In this document: positions 29,723-41,420 of the stretch, piece by piece | Layout of the letters: every line of letters starts with the position of its first letter | Position numbering within the stretch: the first letter of the stretch is position 1 | Source of the DNA: Clostridia bacterium | Lineage (GTDB): Bacteria > Bacillota > Clostridia > RUG12999 | Direction: 5' to 3' | Length of the DNA stretch: 64,000 nucleotides | Assembly: GCA_045534775.1 (NCBI GenBank) | Contig: JAZSKI010000008.1 | Location: forward strand, 4,820 to 68,819 | Translations under genes and position numbers: made by a program | The notes under the pieces: model-generated | What the model was told of the DNA's origin: nothing | Databases searched by the model: none | The model's input: the letters and a program-made list of their open reading frames with translations, nothing else

Positions 29723-31321
29723 CTACTCTGCGGAAATAATGTAGTAATAAACAGGTTGACCGCCGTATTGTAGTGATATATCACATTCGGGATATTCCGC
29801 CTCTAATTTATCACAAAGAGCTTGTGCGGTTTTCTCCTCAATGTCGTTGCCGTAGTAAACAGTAATGACACCCGTATCATCGGTGCAAATATGACTGCAA
29901 ACCGACAGCGCCGCTGTTTCTGCAGACTTTTCTGCGGCTACGATGCTCTTACCCGAGAGGGCTATTATATCGCCTTCTTTAATGGTTAAACCGCCCGACT
30001 CGCTGTCGCGGACAGCGTAGGTCACAAGACCGGTCTCAACCAGCGAAGCGGCTTCTTTCATATTTTCGGCGTTTTCATCGGCACTCAGGCATACATCAAA
30101 GGAAATCAATGCCGATATGCCCTGAGGCAGAGTGGTTGTGGGAATAATTTTCACATCACAGTCCACCATAGTGACACTTTGTTCAGCCGCTAAAATAATA
30201 TTTTTATTATTAGGGAAAACATATACGGTTTCGGCATGAGCCTTCTTGATAGCATCGGCAATGTCGCCGGCGCTGGGGTTCATAGTCTGCCCGCCTTCGA
30301 TAATTTCCGCGACACCTAATTCTTTTAAAATTTCAGAAAAGCCCTCGCCGGAGGATACCGACACAAAAGCATAAGGCTTTTTAGGCGTATCGGGTGCGGA
30401 AATGGTTTCTTTATGCTGGTGACGCATATTATCTATTTTGATATTTATAAGTCCGCCCAGCTTTAACGCTTCCTGAAGGGCAATACCCGGATTATCGGTA
30501 TGAACGTGGACTTTTATTACGTCAAAATCTTCGATTACAAGCATACTGTCGCCGATTTCCGATAAAACGCTGCGAAGCTTGCTTACATCAGAAAGATTAT
30601 CTTTTTTCTTTATAATAAATTCTGTACAGTATCCGAAGGTAATTTCCTCGCTGCCGATTGTCATAGCAGGGGTGTTATCGGCGGCAGTCTCTGATGCACT
30701 GCTGCTTTCAATAATTTTCCCTTCGGTAAGAACATAATACATTCCCTGTAAAATACAAAGCCAGCCCATACCGCCTGCATCTACAACACCTGCTTCAGCA
30801 AGCTTTTTCAGCATAGTGGGAGTCTTTTTAAGTGCATCGGAGGCACCGTCAACCGCCCCACGCATAACGGCAGTAATATCATCGCTTTTTTCAAAAGCCT
30901 TTGCCGCGCCTTCGGCACAGCCGCGGGCTACGGTTAAAATAGTACCTTCCGTAGGCTTCATAACGGCATTATACGCCGTATCGGATGCAACCTTAAATCC
31001 GTGAGCCAATGATTTTGCGGTAAACTCGCCGTGTTCGCCTACACCCTTAGAGAGACCTCTGAAAAGCTGCGACAGTATTACACCCGAATTTCCACGGGCG
31101 GATTTGAGGGTTGCGGAAGCAATTTTTTCGCAAATTTCCGGAATATTTGTTTCGTTGCAATTTTTAACAGCTTCAGCCGCACCTACCATAGTGAGGGACA
31201 TATTTTTACCCGTATCGCCGTCAGGAACGGGAAAAACATTCAATCTGTCTATTTCATCTCTGTTATTCCCGAGAAAATTTGACGCGGAAATAATCATATT
31301 ACAAAAAGTAAGACTATCCAT
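29723..31321 (-). CDS. yloV: DAK2-domain fusion protein YloV
   Basis: 532 aa. N-terminal Dak2 phosphatase-like domain (DGDTGKNMSLTM...ARGNSGVILSQ) plus C-terminal DegV-like half. Paired with the Asp23 gene. Confidence 0.8.
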   Translation of the reverse strand: MDSLTFCNMIISASNFLGNNRDEIDRLNVFPVPDGDTGKNMSLTMVGAAEAVKNCNETNIPEICEKIASATLKSARGNSGVILSQLFRGLSKGVGEHGEFTAKSLAHGFKVASDTAYNAVMKPTEGTILTVARGCAEGAAKAFEKSDDITAVMRGAVDGASDALKKTPTMLKKLAEAGVVDAGGMGWLCILQGMYYVLTEGKIIESSSASETAADNTPAMTIGSEEITFGYCTEFIIKKKDNLSDVSKLRSVLSEIGDSMLVIEDFDVIKVHVHTDNPGIALQEALKLGGLINIKIDNMRHQHKETISAPDTPKKPYAFVSVSSGEGFSEILKELGVAEIIEGGQTMNPSAGDIADAIKKAHAETVYVFPNNKNIILAAEQSVTMVDCDVKIIPTTTLPQGISALISFDVCLSADENAENMKEAASLVETGLVTYAVRDSESGGLTIKEGDIIALSGKSIVAAEKSAETAALSVCSHICTDDTGVITVYYGNDIEEKTAQALCDKLEAEYPECDISLQYGGQPVYYYIISAE

Positions 31322-31334
31322 TCTTCAACCTCCG

Positions 31335-31688
31335 TTAATCTACAACCTTTATGGTTTCTACGTGAATATTGAATTTGCCTACCTCAATACCTGCAAAATG
31401 CTCAAGCTGGTATTTGACACTTTTTCTGATACTCTCGCTTACGGTGTGCATATTAATTCCGTAGGTTGTTGCAATATGCAAATCTATTGACAGCTTTCCG
31501 TGTTCAACTTTGGTTTTAACGCCTTTTGAAAGGCTTAAAATGCTCTTATCATTTAAAAGCTTTCCGTTACCGCTTGACGTAAGACCTATTACACCATAAC
31601 AGTTTGTTGCAATTTTAGCTATGGTTTTAACCAATACTCCGTTTGAAATTTTAATATCGCCTTTAATTGTTTTAATAGTTATTGCCAT
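31335..31688 (-). CDS. yloU: Asp23/Gls24-family envelope stress protein (YloU)
   Basis: 117 aa; KISNGVLVKTIAKIATNCYGVIGLTS...GINMHTVSESIRKSVKYQLEHFAGIEVGKFNIHV. Confidence 0.8.
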   Translation of the reverse strand: MAITIKTIKGDIKISNGVLVKTIAKIATNCYGVIGLTSSGNGKLLNDKSILSLSKGVKTKVEHGKLSIDLHIATTYGINMHTVSESIRKSVKYQLEHFAGIEVGKFNIHVETIKVVD

Positions 31689-31703
31689 AATTATCCATCC
31701 TTC

Positions 31704-33110
31704 CTATGTGTGATGCTTACCTGTTTTTAATGTAAATGTAAATTTTGTATATTCATTTGGTATGCTGACAACAGTAATGTTACGGTTATGAGTGCGGATA
31801 ATACTTTTAACCATATACAGCCCAAGCCCGACACCGGTTTTATCCATACTGCGTGACTTATCGGTTTTATGAAATTTATCCCAAATCCGGTCAATATCCT
31901 GAGGCGAAATGCCTTCGCCTGAATTTTCAACACTTATATATGCAGTATCGCCTTTTATATGAGTTGCAAGACTTATATACCCGCCGGGATTAACAAATTT
32001 AACGGCATTGTCTATTAAATTTGTCACAACCTGAGTAATGCTGTCCTGGTTGGCGGTGACGGGACAGCTGTCTTCTTCAAAGGTGAGACGCACGTCCAAG
32101 CCTTTTTCTTCAATTTTATTTTCAAATTTAATTATAGCTATCCGAAGAAGCTCGTTAATATCAAAATTATCGTAAACTATATCTTTAGAGCCCGATTCCA
32201 ATTTGGCAACATCAAGCAAATCGTTTACAAGTCTCGTAAGACGGTTGGTTTCGCTGATTACAAGGGTAATGTATTCCGCGTGCTTTTCGGGAGGAATAGT
32301 ACCGTCTAAAATCCCCTGCAGAAATCCCGTGATAATCGTCATAGGGGTGCGAAGCTCGTGAGAGACGTTGGCAATAAAGGAATTTCGGGTCTTTTCCTGA
32401 GACTGAAGTGCCGCGATGATTTCATTGAAATCATCAGACAAATGCTTTAATTCTCCTCCTAAATTAAGGTTGAGCCTCTTTTCAAAATCACCCTTTGCTA
32501 TAAGCTTGAGCGCATTATTTATTTCTCTTATGGGAGATTCTATATTTTTTGATATAACAAAGGAAAATATACCCGTTAAAATCAACGCAATAAACAGAAC
32601 AAAGACAAAGGGTTTAAAGACCTCGTGCTTCATTTCCGATAAATAGGGAACGGGCAGAAGTGCAAAAACACCTCCGACAACCTGATTGTTATGGTTTACA
32701 GGCTTACCGATTAATATGACGGGACTGCTGAAAATATCGTTGAAATTATCTACACGGTTAATGGATTTGCCGCTCAGAACCTCGTTTGTACTCATCGTGG
32801 GTAGCTTTCCACCTGCTTCAATGAGTGCCACTGTTGCCGAGGAAGAACAAACCTGAATATTTTTTTGCCTGTCAAAAACTATTATATGCGAGCCTGAGGT
32901 CAAACTGTACACATCTATTATTCTGGAATACTGAAATCCGTTTATTTCTGCTTCTGAAACATAAGCCACAACACTGTCAAGAGTGTCGGAAAGCTCCTCG
33001 GATACCTTGGAGGCAACATAGTTATTCAGGAAAAAATGAACAGATATACCAACAATTAAAAATCCCAAAATCACTATTGAGAAGCATTGGATAAAGATTT
33101 TCCTACGCAA
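31704..33110 (-). CDS. two-component sensor histidine kinase (TM, HAMP, HisKA, HATPase_c)
   Basis: H-box SHELRTPMT. N/G boxes DNAVKF, GLGLYMVKSI. Two TM helices flank an extracytoplasmic loop. Confidence 0.8.
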   Translation of the reverse strand: MRRKIFIQCFSIVILGFLIVGISVHFFLNNYVASKVSEELSDTLDSVVAYVSEAEINGFQYSRIIDVYSLTSGSHIIVFDRQKNIQVCSSSATVALIEAGGKLPTMSTNEVLSGKSINRVDNFNDIFSSPVILIGKPVNHNNQVVGGVFALLPVPYLSEMKHEVFKPFVFVLFIALILTGIFSFVISKNIESPIREINNALKLIAKGDFEKRLNLNLGGELKHLSDDFNEIIAALQSQEKTRNSFIANVSHELRTPMTIITGFLQGILDGTIPPEKHAEYITLVISETNRLTRLVNDLLDVAKLESGSKDIVYDNFDINELLRIAIIKFENKIEEKGLDVRLTFEEDSCPVTANQDSITQVVTNLIDNAVKFVNPGGYISLATHIKGDTAYISVENSGEGISPQDIDRIWDKFHKTDKSRSMDKTGVGLGLYMVKSIIRTHNRNITVVSIPNEYTKFTFTLKTGKHHT

Positions 33111-33171
33111 AAAGCATCACTCCTTGGCAACGATAAACCTCCGCCGCCTTTATTTAACACGACTACGGTTT

Positions 33172-33861
33172 TTATTTAGCCGACAGTTCAAATTTATATC
33201 CTACTCCCCAGACCGTTTTAAGTGACCAATCACAACTGCTGCCTTCAATTTTTTCCCTGATACGTTTTACGTGAACGTCAACGGTACGGGAATCCCCAAA
33301 GAAATCGTAACCCCAGATTTCATCGAGGAGCTGCTCTCTGGTAAATACCTTATTGGGATGAGTCGCCAGAAAATACAAAAGCTCCAGCTCCTTCGGCGGC
33401 ATATCAAGCCTGTTCCCGCAAGCCTTTATTTCGTAATTTGACATATTAATCTCAATGTTGTCATAGGAAATAATTTTCAAATCGTTATCCTTGGTTTCAA
33501 ACCTGCGAAGAACAGCCTTTATCCGCGCCACAAGCTCGCGGGTATCAAAGGGCTTGGCAATATAGTCATCCGCACCCATCTCAAGCCCCAGCACCTTATC
33601 AAAGGTATCGTCCTTGGCTGTCAGCATTATTATGGGAACAGCACTGGTTTTTCTGATTTCGCGGCATACCTCAAAGCCGTCCTTGCCCGGTAGCATTATA
33701 TCAAGCAACACTAAAGAAGCAGATACAGTCTTAAGCTTTTCAAGAGCTACAATACCGGTGTTTGCAATTTCAACGGTATACCCTTCTTTTTCAAGATACA
33801 GCCTTATAAGCTCGCAGATATTATGATCATCATCAACCACAAGAATTGTATGATTTGACAT
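33172..33861 (-). CDS. OmpR-family response regulator
   Basis: Receiver domain (ILVVDDD..., LVLLDIMLPGKDG, T/K motifs). Winged-helix C-terminus (RELVARIKAVLRR...WGYDF..DSRTVDVHVKRIR). Confidence 0.85.
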   Translation of the reverse strand: MSNHTILVVDDDHNICELIRLYLEKEGYTVEIANTGIVALEKLKTVSASLVLLDIMLPGKDGFEVCREIRKTSAVPIIMLTAKDDTFDKVLGLEMGADDYIAKPFDTRELVARIKAVLRRFETKDNDLKIISYDNIEINMSNYEIKACGNRLDMPPKELELLYFLATHPNKVFTREQLLDEIWGYDFFGDSRTVDVHVKRIREKIEGSSCDWSLKTVWGVGYKFELSAK

Positions 33862-34185
33862 TTTGATGCCGCCTTTCGTAAAGATTAGTTTAAACCTATA
33901 TTATAAGTATATATTATATTTTGCGGTTTGTCAAGTCGCAGAAAAATATTTGGCTTACAAAATAAGATTATTTGTAATATAAAAATTGATGTTTTTTGTC
34001 TTTTTTTGCGCGAAGCTGAGAAAAAAGCATACAAAATTAATAAAAAATTAATAAAATGCGTAAAAATACTTGACAGTTTGCAAAAAAAAGTATAAAATAT
34101 AAGGGTACGTATTATATGCTAAAATATATTATTGTGCAATTATCAGATAAATTATTTACAAAAGTGGAGGTGCCGGAAAGAGAGT

Positions 34186-35757
34186 ATGGAGTTAATTCAT
34201 TACTTAATTATGGTGCTTGTGGCTGTTATATTTGGCGTTATTGGTGTGTTCATCGGTATAATATACAGAAAAAATATTGGTGAAAAAGCAATAGGCTCTG
34301 CGGAAAAGGAAGCGGCTAAAATACTTGAAGAAGCTAAAAAATCTGCTGAAGATATAGCAAAAAGTGCACAAGCACGTAAGAAGGAAGCGATGATTGAGGC
34401 TAAAGAAGAGATACATAAAAATCGTGTTGAATTTGACCGTGAGTTCAAAGAAAGACGAAGTGAAATATCTCGCCAAGAGCGTCGTATAACACAAAAAGAG
34501 GAAACCTTGGATAAGAAAACCGAGGCTCTTGAAAAAAGAGAAGAAAATGTAGCAAAAAAACAAAGTGAAATGGAAGCTGCTCAGGCGGAAATACAAGCAC
34601 TTAAGGAGAAACAGTTAAGTGAGCTTGAAAAAATTTCCGGGATGAAACGCGAAGAAGCTAAAGACATTATATTACGTAATGTAGAAAGCGAAACTCGTCA
34701 CGAAGCGGCAATGCTTATTAAATCCATAGAGGATGAGGCTAAGGAAGAAGCGGAAAATCGCGCAAGAAAGATTGTAGGACTTGCAATCCAGCGTTGTGCG
34801 GCAGACCACGCGGCTGAGGTAACAGTATCTGTTGTAAACCTGCCCAGCGATGAAATGAAGGGCAGAATTATCGGTCGCGAAGGCAGAAACATCCGTACCC
34901 TTGAAACCTTAACAGGTATTGACCTGATAATTGATGATACGCCGGAGGCTGTTATTTTATCGGGCTTTGACCCTGTGAGACGTGAGGTTGCAAGACTTGC
35001 TCTTGAAAAATTAATTCATGACGGACGAATTCATCCGGCAAGAATTGAAGAAACTGTGGAAAAAGCAAGACGTGAAGTGGAAAACACTATCAAACAGGAG
35101 GGCGAACGTGCTACCTTTGAAACGGGTGTTCACGGGCTGCATCCTGAGCTTATCAAGCTGCTTGGTAAACTTAAATACAGAACCAGCTACGGTCAGAATG
35201 TTCTTATGCATAGCATTGAGGTGGCTCATCTGTCGGGAATTATGGCGGCTGAAATGGGTGTGGATATTAATCTTGCTAAACGTGCAGGCTTGCTCCATGA
35301 TATTGGTAAGGCGATTGACCATGAGGTTGATGGCTCTCACGTTGATATTGGTGCAAATATCGCAAGAAAATATAAAGAAAGCAGTGAGATTGTTCACGCA
35401 ATTATGGCACATCACGGTGATGTTGAAGCAAACACCATTGTGGCGTGTATTGTTCAGGCGGCGGATGCTGTTTCGGCGGCAAGACCCGGCGCAAGACGTG
35501 AAAATATTGAAACCTATATTAAACGTCTCGAACAGCTGGAAGCCATTGCAACCAGCTTTGATGGAGTTGAAAAATCCTTTGCAATTCAGGCAGGCCGTGA
35601 GGTTCGTATTATGGTTAAGCCTGAAGATGTCAGCGATGAATCAATGCTCCTTGTAGCTAAAGATATTGTTAAGAAAATTGAAGAAGAGCTCGAATATCCC
35701 GGACAGATTAAAGTAAATGTAATCCGTGAAGTTCGTGCAATAGAATACGCGAAATAA
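34186..35757 (+). CDS. rny: ribonuclease Y
   Basis: N-terminal TM, coiled-coil, KH domain ([15 protein letters not shown]), HD domain ([10 protein letters not shown]...LLHDIGK). ATG 34186 (MELIH) is preferred over the ORF-track start 34132. Confidence 0.9.
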   Translation: MELIHYLIMVLVAVIFGVIGVFIGIIYRKNIGEKAIGSAEKEAAKILEEAKKSAEDIAKSAQARKKEAMIEAKEEIHKNRVEFDREFKERRSEISRQERRITQKEETLDKKTEALEKREENVAKKQSEMEAAQAEIQALKEKQLSELEKISGMKREEAKDIILRNVESETRHEAAMLIKSIEDEAKEEAENRARKIVGLAIQRCAADHAAEVTVSVVNLPSDEMKGRIIGREGRNIRTLETLTGIDLIIDDTPEAVILSGFDPVRREVARLALEKLIHDGRIHPARIEETVEKARREVENTIKQEGERATFETGVHGLHPELIKLLGKLKYRTSYGQNVLMHSIEVAHLSGIMAAEMGVDINLAKRAGLLHDIGKAIDHEVDGSHVDIGANIARKYKESSEIVHAIMAHHGDVEANTIVACIVQAADAVSAARPGARRENIETYIKRLEQLEAIATSFDGVEKSFAIQAGREVRIMVKPEDVSDESMLLVAKDIVKKIEEELEYPGQIKVNVIREVRAIEYAK

Positions 35758-35772
35758 TTTATTTGATTTATT

Positions 35773-35800
35773 AAAGCAGCTTAATAAAAGCTGCTTTAAC
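35773..35800 (+). terminator. weak/partial terminator hairpin between rny and ymdB
   Basis: AAAGCAGC (loop) GCTGCTTT with a short, interrupted T-run. ymdB is likely still co-transcribed. Confidence 0.3.
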
Positions 35801-35828
35801 CATTATTTTAGGAAGTGAAGTCATATTT

Positions 35829-36596
35829 ATGAATTTTTTATGTATTGGTGATATTGTAGGCAGGCAGGGAAGTGAAATGGTTGCTGCACAGCTTAAATAC
35901 ATTAAACAGGACTACGATATTGATTTTGTAATTGCCAACGGCGAAAATGCCACAACAGGCAACGGAATTAACAGAGAACGTGCCGATATGCTGCTTGATT
36001 GCGGCGTAGATGTGATTACGCTGGGGAACCACGCTTTTTCCAAATCAAAACAGGTAACGGAGCTTTTTCGCGACGGTTATCCCATAGTAAGACCAATCAA
36101 TATGCAAAAAGCAACGCCGGGAGAGGGCTTCATAATCAAAACCTGTGGCGGCAAGAAAATAGCAGTTATAAACGCTATGGGAAGGGTTTATATGATACCC
36201 GGCGATTGTCCCTTTACGGCGATAAAGGAATGCATATCGGAAATTGATGCAGATATAATTTTTGTAGATTTTCACGCAGAAGCAACCAGCGAGAAAAAAG
36301 CATTGGGCTATTATCTCGATGGCGAAATAACCTGCCTTTTCGGCACTCATACTCACGTGCAGACGGCGGATGAACAGCTTTTGCCGAAAGGAACGGCATA
36401 TATTACGGATTTGGGAATGACGGGGCCTTATGTGTCGGTGCTGGGAGTAAAAAAAGAATGTTCTATAAAGAAATTCCTCACAATGCAGCACGAAAAATAT
36501 GAAAATGCAGACGGAAGCTGTATGCTGAGCGGAATTATTGTTTCTGTAGGCGAGGATAATATGCCTACCGGAATACAAAGGATAAATTTAAGATAA
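35829..36596 (+). CDS. ymdB: TIGR00282-family metallophosphoesterase YmdB
   Basis: MNFLCIGDIVGRQG...GNHAF...; conserved rny-ymdB gene pair. Confidence 0.8.
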   Translation: MNFLCIGDIVGRQGSEMVAAQLKYIKQDYDIDFVIANGENATTGNGINRERADMLLDCGVDVITLGNHAFSKSKQVTELFRDGYPIVRPINMQKATPGEGFIIKTCGGKKIAVINAMGRVYMIPGDCPFTAIKECISEIDADIIFVDFHAEATSEKKALGYYLDGEITCLFGTHTHVQTADEQLLPKGTAYITDLGMTGPYVSVLGVKKECSIKKFLTMQHEKYENADGSCMLSGIIVSVGEDNMPTGIQRINLR

Positions 36597-36740
36597 AATC
36601 GGGGCGGTGAGAAGCCGATTAAAAACGATGAAAAATTGCCTGCGATTATTTATCTTTCTATTTACAAAAAAAGAACATAAGAATAGTATAAATCGCATAA
36701 ACCCGGGTGGGCTGAGTAAAATTGCTAAAAAAAGTATAAT

Positions 36741-36769
36741 TTTCTATTGCAATGTTACAAAAAATATGG
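36741..36769 (+). promoter_or_regulatory. sigma-A promoter for the pyrophosphatase gene (TTGCAA - 17 nt - TGgTATAAT)
   Basis: TTGCAATGTTACAAAAAATATGGTATAAT, about 60 nt upstream of the start. Confidence 0.4.
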
Positions 36770-36828
36770 TATAATTAGGTTGTGATGCCTGAAAATGGCA
36801 GAAAAATATATAAAAGGAGCTGTATAAA

Positions 36829-38910
36829 ATGGAAAAAATGATACCGTTTTTAGTTTTAGCGGTTGCCGTTATAGCATTGATTTTTGCAGTGTTTAAGTTT
36901 TATTCGGTAAAAAAACTTTCTGAAGGAACTGAACAGATGGCGGATATTTCGCAGAAAATTCGTAAGGGTGCTATGGCATATCTGAAAAGACAGTACAAAA
37001 CTGTAGGCGTATTCTTTATTGTTATGATTGTAATCTTAACCGTTCTTGCGGCAACCGGATTTTTAACATTCTTTGTCCCTGTTGCGTTTTTAACAGGCGG
37101 TTTGTTTTCGGCTATCTCGGGCTTTGTAGGTATGAAGATAGCTACTTATGCCAATTCCCGTACGGCAAACGGCGCAAGAGAGGGTCTTGACAAGGGCTTG
37201 AAAATTGCATTTTCATCAGGTACGGTTATGGGTATGACGGTTGTAGGCTTAGGCTTGTTGGATATCAGCGTATGGTATGCGCTTTTAACCTTTGTGTTTG
37301 GGCTTCCCGTTGAAGATGTTATGGCGGCAATGCTTACCTTCGGTATGGGAGCAAGCTCAATGGCTCTTTTTGCAAGAGTGGGCGGCGGTATTTTCACAAA
37401 AGCTGCCGATGTGGGCGCTGACCTTGTAGGTAAGGTTGAAGTAGGTATCCCTGAGGATGACCCGAGAAATCCTGCTTGTATAGCAGATAACGTAGGTGAT
37501 AACGTAGGTGACGTTGCAGGTATGGGCGCGGATTTATATGAATCTTATGTAGGTTCAATAATATCCTGCGGAGCACTTGCTGTAGCGGCGGGTCTAGGTA
37601 TAAAAGGGGTTTTACTGCCGATGGCAATTGCGGCTGTGGGTATACTGGCATCTATAGTTTCAACCTGGTTTGTATCCACAAAAGAGGGTGCAACTCAGAA
37701 AATGCTTTTAGGCTCACTGAGAAAAGGTACATATTCTGCGGCAGTAATTTCTGCTGTACTTAATCTTGTTTTGGTTTGGTTTATGCTTCCCAACGAAATG
37801 GGTCTTTTCGGAGCTATAGTTTCGGGACTTCTGGCAGGTGTACTGATAGGCTTCTTTACGGAATATTATACATCAGACTCTTATAATCCTACACGTAAGC
37901 TGGCTGAATCTTCAAATACGGGTAGCGCAACCATTATTATTGACGGTGTGGCCCTGGGTATGAGCTCAACAGCTATTCCTGTAATTATTGTAGGTGTATC
38001 AATTATTGTAAGCTATTTCTGTGCAGGCGGTATATCTTCATTTGCTTCGGGACTCTACGGCGTAGGTCTTTCAGCTGTGGGAATGCTTGCAACCCTGGGA
38101 ATTACCCTTGCAACCGACGCATACGGACCTGTTGCGGATAACGCAGGCGGTATAGCCGAGATGTGCGGATTGCCTAAAGAGGTAAGAGAAAGAACAGATG
38201 CACTTGATTCTCTCGGAAACACAACAGCGGCTACGGGCAAAGGCTTTGCTATTGGCTCGGCGGCACTTACGGCACTTGCCTTGATTGTTTCCTATACAGA
38301 TAAAATTCAGACTATTGACGGAAGTCTTTTAGATTTAAGCATAACAAATCCTGCAACCTTAATCGGTTTGTTTGTGGGCGCAATGCTTCCGTTCTTGTTC
38401 TCAGCAATGACAATGCGTGCGGTAGGTCGTGCAGCACAGAAAATCGTTGTAGAGGTAAGAAGGCAGTTTAAAGAAATCAAAGGACTTATCACAGGTGAAG
38501 CTGAAGCTGATTATGAGACCTGTATTGATATTTGTACAAAATCATCATTGAAGGAAATGATAGCTCCGGCGGCACTTGGCATACTTTCGCCGATTATTGT
38601 AGGTGTTATCCTCGGTTGTAACGGCGTTGTAGGTATGTTGGCAGGTGCACTTGTGTCGGGTTTTGTACTTGCGATTATGATGTCCAATGCAGGTGGTGCA
38701 TGGGATAATGCAAAGAAATATATTGAAGCAGGGAACTTTAACGGAAAAGGCTCAGAAAACCATAAGGCTGCTGTAGTAGGCGATACGGTAGGCGACCCCT
38801 TTAAGGATACAGCAGGACCTTCGGTAAATATTCTGATTAAACTGCTTTCTATGGTATCAATTATTTTCGCGGCGGTTGTTGCGGCTTACGGTGGAATGGG
38901 AATATTCTAA
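36829..38910 (+). CDS. hppA: membrane-bound proton/sodium-translocating pyrophosphatase
   Basis: 693 aa, about 16 [52 protein letters not shown] and DTVGDPFKD are all signatures. Confidence 0.9.
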   Translation: MEKMIPFLVLAVAVIALIFAVFKFYSVKKLSEGTEQMADISQKIRKGAMAYLKRQYKTVGVFFIVMIVILTVLAATGFLTFFVPVAFLTGGLFSAISGFVGMKIATYANSRTANGAREGLDKGLKIAFSSGTVMGMTVVGLGLLDISVWYALLTFVFGLPVEDVMAAMLTFGMGASSMALFARVGGGIFTKAADVGADLVGKVEVGIPEDDPRNPACIADNVGDNVGDVAGMGADLYESYVGSIISCGALAVAAGLGIKGVLLPMAIAAVGILASIVSTWFVSTKEGATQKMLLGSLRKGTYSAAVISAVLNLVLVWFMLPNEMGLFGAIVSGLLAGVLIGFFTEYYTSDSYNPTRKLAESSNTGSATIIIDGVALGMSSTAIPVIIVGVSIIVSYFCAGGISSFASGLYGVGLSAVGMLATLGITLATDAYGPVADNAGGIAEMCGLPKEVRERTDALDSLGNTTAATGKGFAIGSAALTALALIVSYTDKIQTIDGSLLDLSITNPATLIGLFVGAMLPFLFSAMTMRAVGRAAQKIVVEVRRQFKEIKGLITGEAEADYETCIDICTKSSLKEMIAPAALGILSPIIVGVILGCNGVVGMLAGALVSGFVLAIMMSNAGGAWDNAKKYIEAGNFNGKGSENHKAAVVGDTVGDPFKDTAGPSVNILIKLLSMVSIIFAAVVAAYGGMGIF

Positions 38911-38923
38911 TAAAAACAATAAA

Positions 38924-38957
38924 CGGGAATTTGGTTTCAAATTCCCGCTTTTTTTAT
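38924..38957 (+). terminator. intrinsic terminator after hppA
   Basis: CGGGAATTTG-gttt-CAAATTCCCG followed by CTTTTTTTATTT. Confidence 0.6.
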
Positions 38958-39114
38958 TTAAAAACACCGGATTGAAGCTTTCTGACATAGAAAAATCAAA
39001 AATGGAACAATTAAAATGTTGCACAAGAAATAAAGAAATTTTTGTGCAAAGTATACATTGCGTGCAACAGGGCAATATGATAACATTATGATATAAATAA
39101 GAAGGATGATTAAT

Positions 39115-40440
39115 ATGAAAAAGAAAGTTAAAATCGGTGTGGTTGGTGCGTTTCGCGGGAAAACTATGATAGATGTTTTAATGACCTACAGAGATGATGC
39201 GGAGCCGGTTGCGATTTGTGACAGATTTGAGCCTGCACTTATCAATGTAAGACATCAGGCTGAAGAGCTTGGACTGATGAACATTGCTTATTATAATAAT
39301 TTTGAGGATTTTCTGAAACACGACCTTGATGCAGTAGTATTGGCAAACTATGCAACGGAGCATGCTCCCTTTGCTGTTAGATGCTTAGAAGCGGGCATGC
39401 ACGTATTATCCGAGGTATTGCCTTGCGAGACCATGGCACAGGCTGTTGAGCTTATTGAAGCGGTTGAAAAAAGCGGAAAGGTTTATGCCTATGCGGAGAA
39501 TTATTGTTATATGAGACACGCCTTTGAAATGTGGAAAACCTATAAAAAAGGTGAAATCGGCGAGGTAATGTACGCTGAAGGTGAATATATCCACGACTGT
39601 TCATCCATTATACCGCAAATTACGTATGGCGATAAAGACCACTGGAGAAACAGATTATACCCTACATTTTACTGCACACATAGTCTGGGTCCTATTCTTA
39701 CTATTACAGGCAAGCGTCCTGTTAAGGTTGTGGGCTATGAAACACCTCCGGCTATGGAATCATTTAAAAAATCCGGTTCTCGTTTCACTTCGGGGATAGA
39801 GATGGTTACGCTTGAAAACGGCGCTGTGGTTAAAAGCATTCATGGTGGTCTTAAGAGAGAACCGGGGTCTGTAAATTATCAGGTATATTGCGAAAAAGGA
39901 ATGATGGAAAGCGGCAGATTTGATGAGAATAATGTTTTTAATTATTATCAGGAGGGAGATAAGCTGTGTGAGGGTGAGTGGAAAAAATACAACCCCGAAG
40001 CTGATATTCAGGCTGAAATGGTTAAAAATTTTGAAGGTCACGGCGGTAGCGATTTCTATGCTACATATTTCTTTATTCAGAAAATTCTCGGTAACGAGGA
40101 CGGAAAGTGGAGTATAGACGTGTATACCGCTGTGGAAATGGGCATCTGTGGAATCTTGGCATGGCGTTCTATATTAAACGGAAACGTGCCTATAGCTGTT
40201 CCCAATTTAAGAAACAAAGAGGAAAGGGATGCCTACCGCCATGACCATGCCTGTACAACCCCTGAGGTTGCAGGGGACAGCTTATTGCCTAAAACAACCT
40301 ACGATTTGCCGGAGATTCCCGATGAATTTTATAAACATGTTGAAAATCTGTGGCGCGAAGGTAAGAATATGAACGGTGATAAGGATACAATTTATTCGGC
40401 TATCCTTGATGTGACCGATGAGAAAAATAAAGGAAACTAA
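39115..40440 (+). CDS. Gfo/Idh/MocA-family NAD(P)-dependent oxidoreductase
   Basis: Rossmann N-terminus KIGVVGAFRGKTMIDV plus a typical GFO_IDH_MocA C-domain. ATG 39115 with RBS AAGGATGA. Confidence 0.7.
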   Translation: MKKKVKIGVVGAFRGKTMIDVLMTYRDDAEPVAICDRFEPALINVRHQAEELGLMNIAYYNNFEDFLKHDLDAVVLANYATEHAPFAVRCLEAGMHVLSEVLPCETMAQAVELIEAVEKSGKVYAYAENYCYMRHAFEMWKTYKKGEIGEVMYAEGEYIHDCSSIIPQITYGDKDHWRNRLYPTFYCTHSLGPILTITGKRPVKVVGYETPPAMESFKKSGSRFTSGIEMVTLENGAVVKSIHGGLKREPGSVNYQVYCEKGMMESGRFDENNVFNYYQEGDKLCEGEWKKYNPEADIQAEMVKNFEGHGGSDFYATYFFIQKILGNEDGKWSIDVYTAVEMGICGILAWRSILNGNVPIAVPNLRNKEERDAYRHDHACTTPEVAGDSLLPKTTYDLPEIPDEFYKHVENLWREGKNMNGDKDTIYSAILDVTDEKNKGN

Positions 40441-40445
40441 CGGTA

Positions 40446-41408
40446 ATGAGCATAACGAAAAAGATTTCCGATGAGCTGGGCTACAGCAAATCTACAGTCA
40501 GCCGCGCACTTAATAACTGCGGGGGCGTTGATATTGCTACTAAAGAAAGAATTATAGATGCGGCACTTAAATACGGATATCGCAGATATTTAAGTGCCGA
40601 CATCGGCATTGTTATGCCTGCTGTGCCTCGTTGCTTCTGGAAAAATGCTCAAATCCTTCTAATGAATAAATTAGAAAAAGTCGGTGTTGAAAAAAGGGTT
40701 TTTTTATACCCCGGTCGTTACGATGTGGAGGATGCGCTCAGATGTGTAACAGAGGCGATTGACTGTGGAATATCGGTCTTGGTGGCGGCGGTGCCGGATA
40801 CCAAAGAAATCAGAGAAAAGCTGGAAGAATATTCCGACAAATTGCTTATAATCCTGTTTGAAGAAGATGTTGAGGTAAAAAATGCCTTTTATGTGGGAGA
40901 AAACCATTTTGAAAGCGGGTACAAGCTTATAAGCACATATATGGATAATTTTAAAGGAAGAAACCGTTTTGTGTCCGTGTGCGGAAGGGAAAGCAATGTG
41001 GTGCAGCTACGGCTTGACGGAATAAAGAAGTTTTTGGCGGAGAAAGATTTTTTGTTAAAAGAGATGAACATACCAATGAATAAAAATGCGGGGGCTTCTG
41101 TGATAGCAAGAATGCTAAATGAAATCAAAGAAGAAACGGACTGCGTAATTTGCCTTGATGACGGACTTGCACAGGTATACAGCGGAATATATAAGCTTAA
41201 AATGGGCGGAAAAATACATTGCATAGGCTTTGATAAGGGCGGTATTTCGGAAGAGGATATTAAAAATAAAATTATAAAATTGAACTGCTGCTGTGATCTG
41301 GAATTGCAGATAACAAGTACAGCAGAATATGTAAAAAAATATATTGAGGATAATATGTATCCTGACAAAAAATACAATTATATAAAAGAAAAATTTATTA
41401 TGTATTAA
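40446..41408 (+). CDS. LacI-family transcriptional regulator
   Basis: N-terminal HTH ITKKISDELGYSKSTVSRALNN. Periplasmic-binding-protein-like C-domain. Confidence 0.65.
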   Translation: MSITKKISDELGYSKSTVSRALNNCGGVDIATKERIIDAALKYGYRRYLSADIGIVMPAVPRCFWKNAQILLMNKLEKVGVEKRVFLYPGRYDVEDALRCVTEAIDCGISVLVAAVPDTKEIREKLEEYSDKLLIILFEEDVEVKNAFYVGENHFESGYKLISTYMDNFKGRNRFVSVCGRESNVVQLRLDGIKKFLAEKDFLLKEMNIPMNKNAGASVIARMLNEIKEETDCVICLDDGLAQVYSGIYKLKMGGKIHCIGFDKGGISEEDIKNKIIKLNCCCDLELQITSTAEYVKKYIEDNMYPDKKYNYIKEKFIMY

Positions 41409-41420
41409 AGGGGATATTAA

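Noticed and set aside
35018-35656. 212-aa plus-strand ORF inside rny
   Set aside because: Alternative frame of the strongly conserved RNase Y gene. Spurious.
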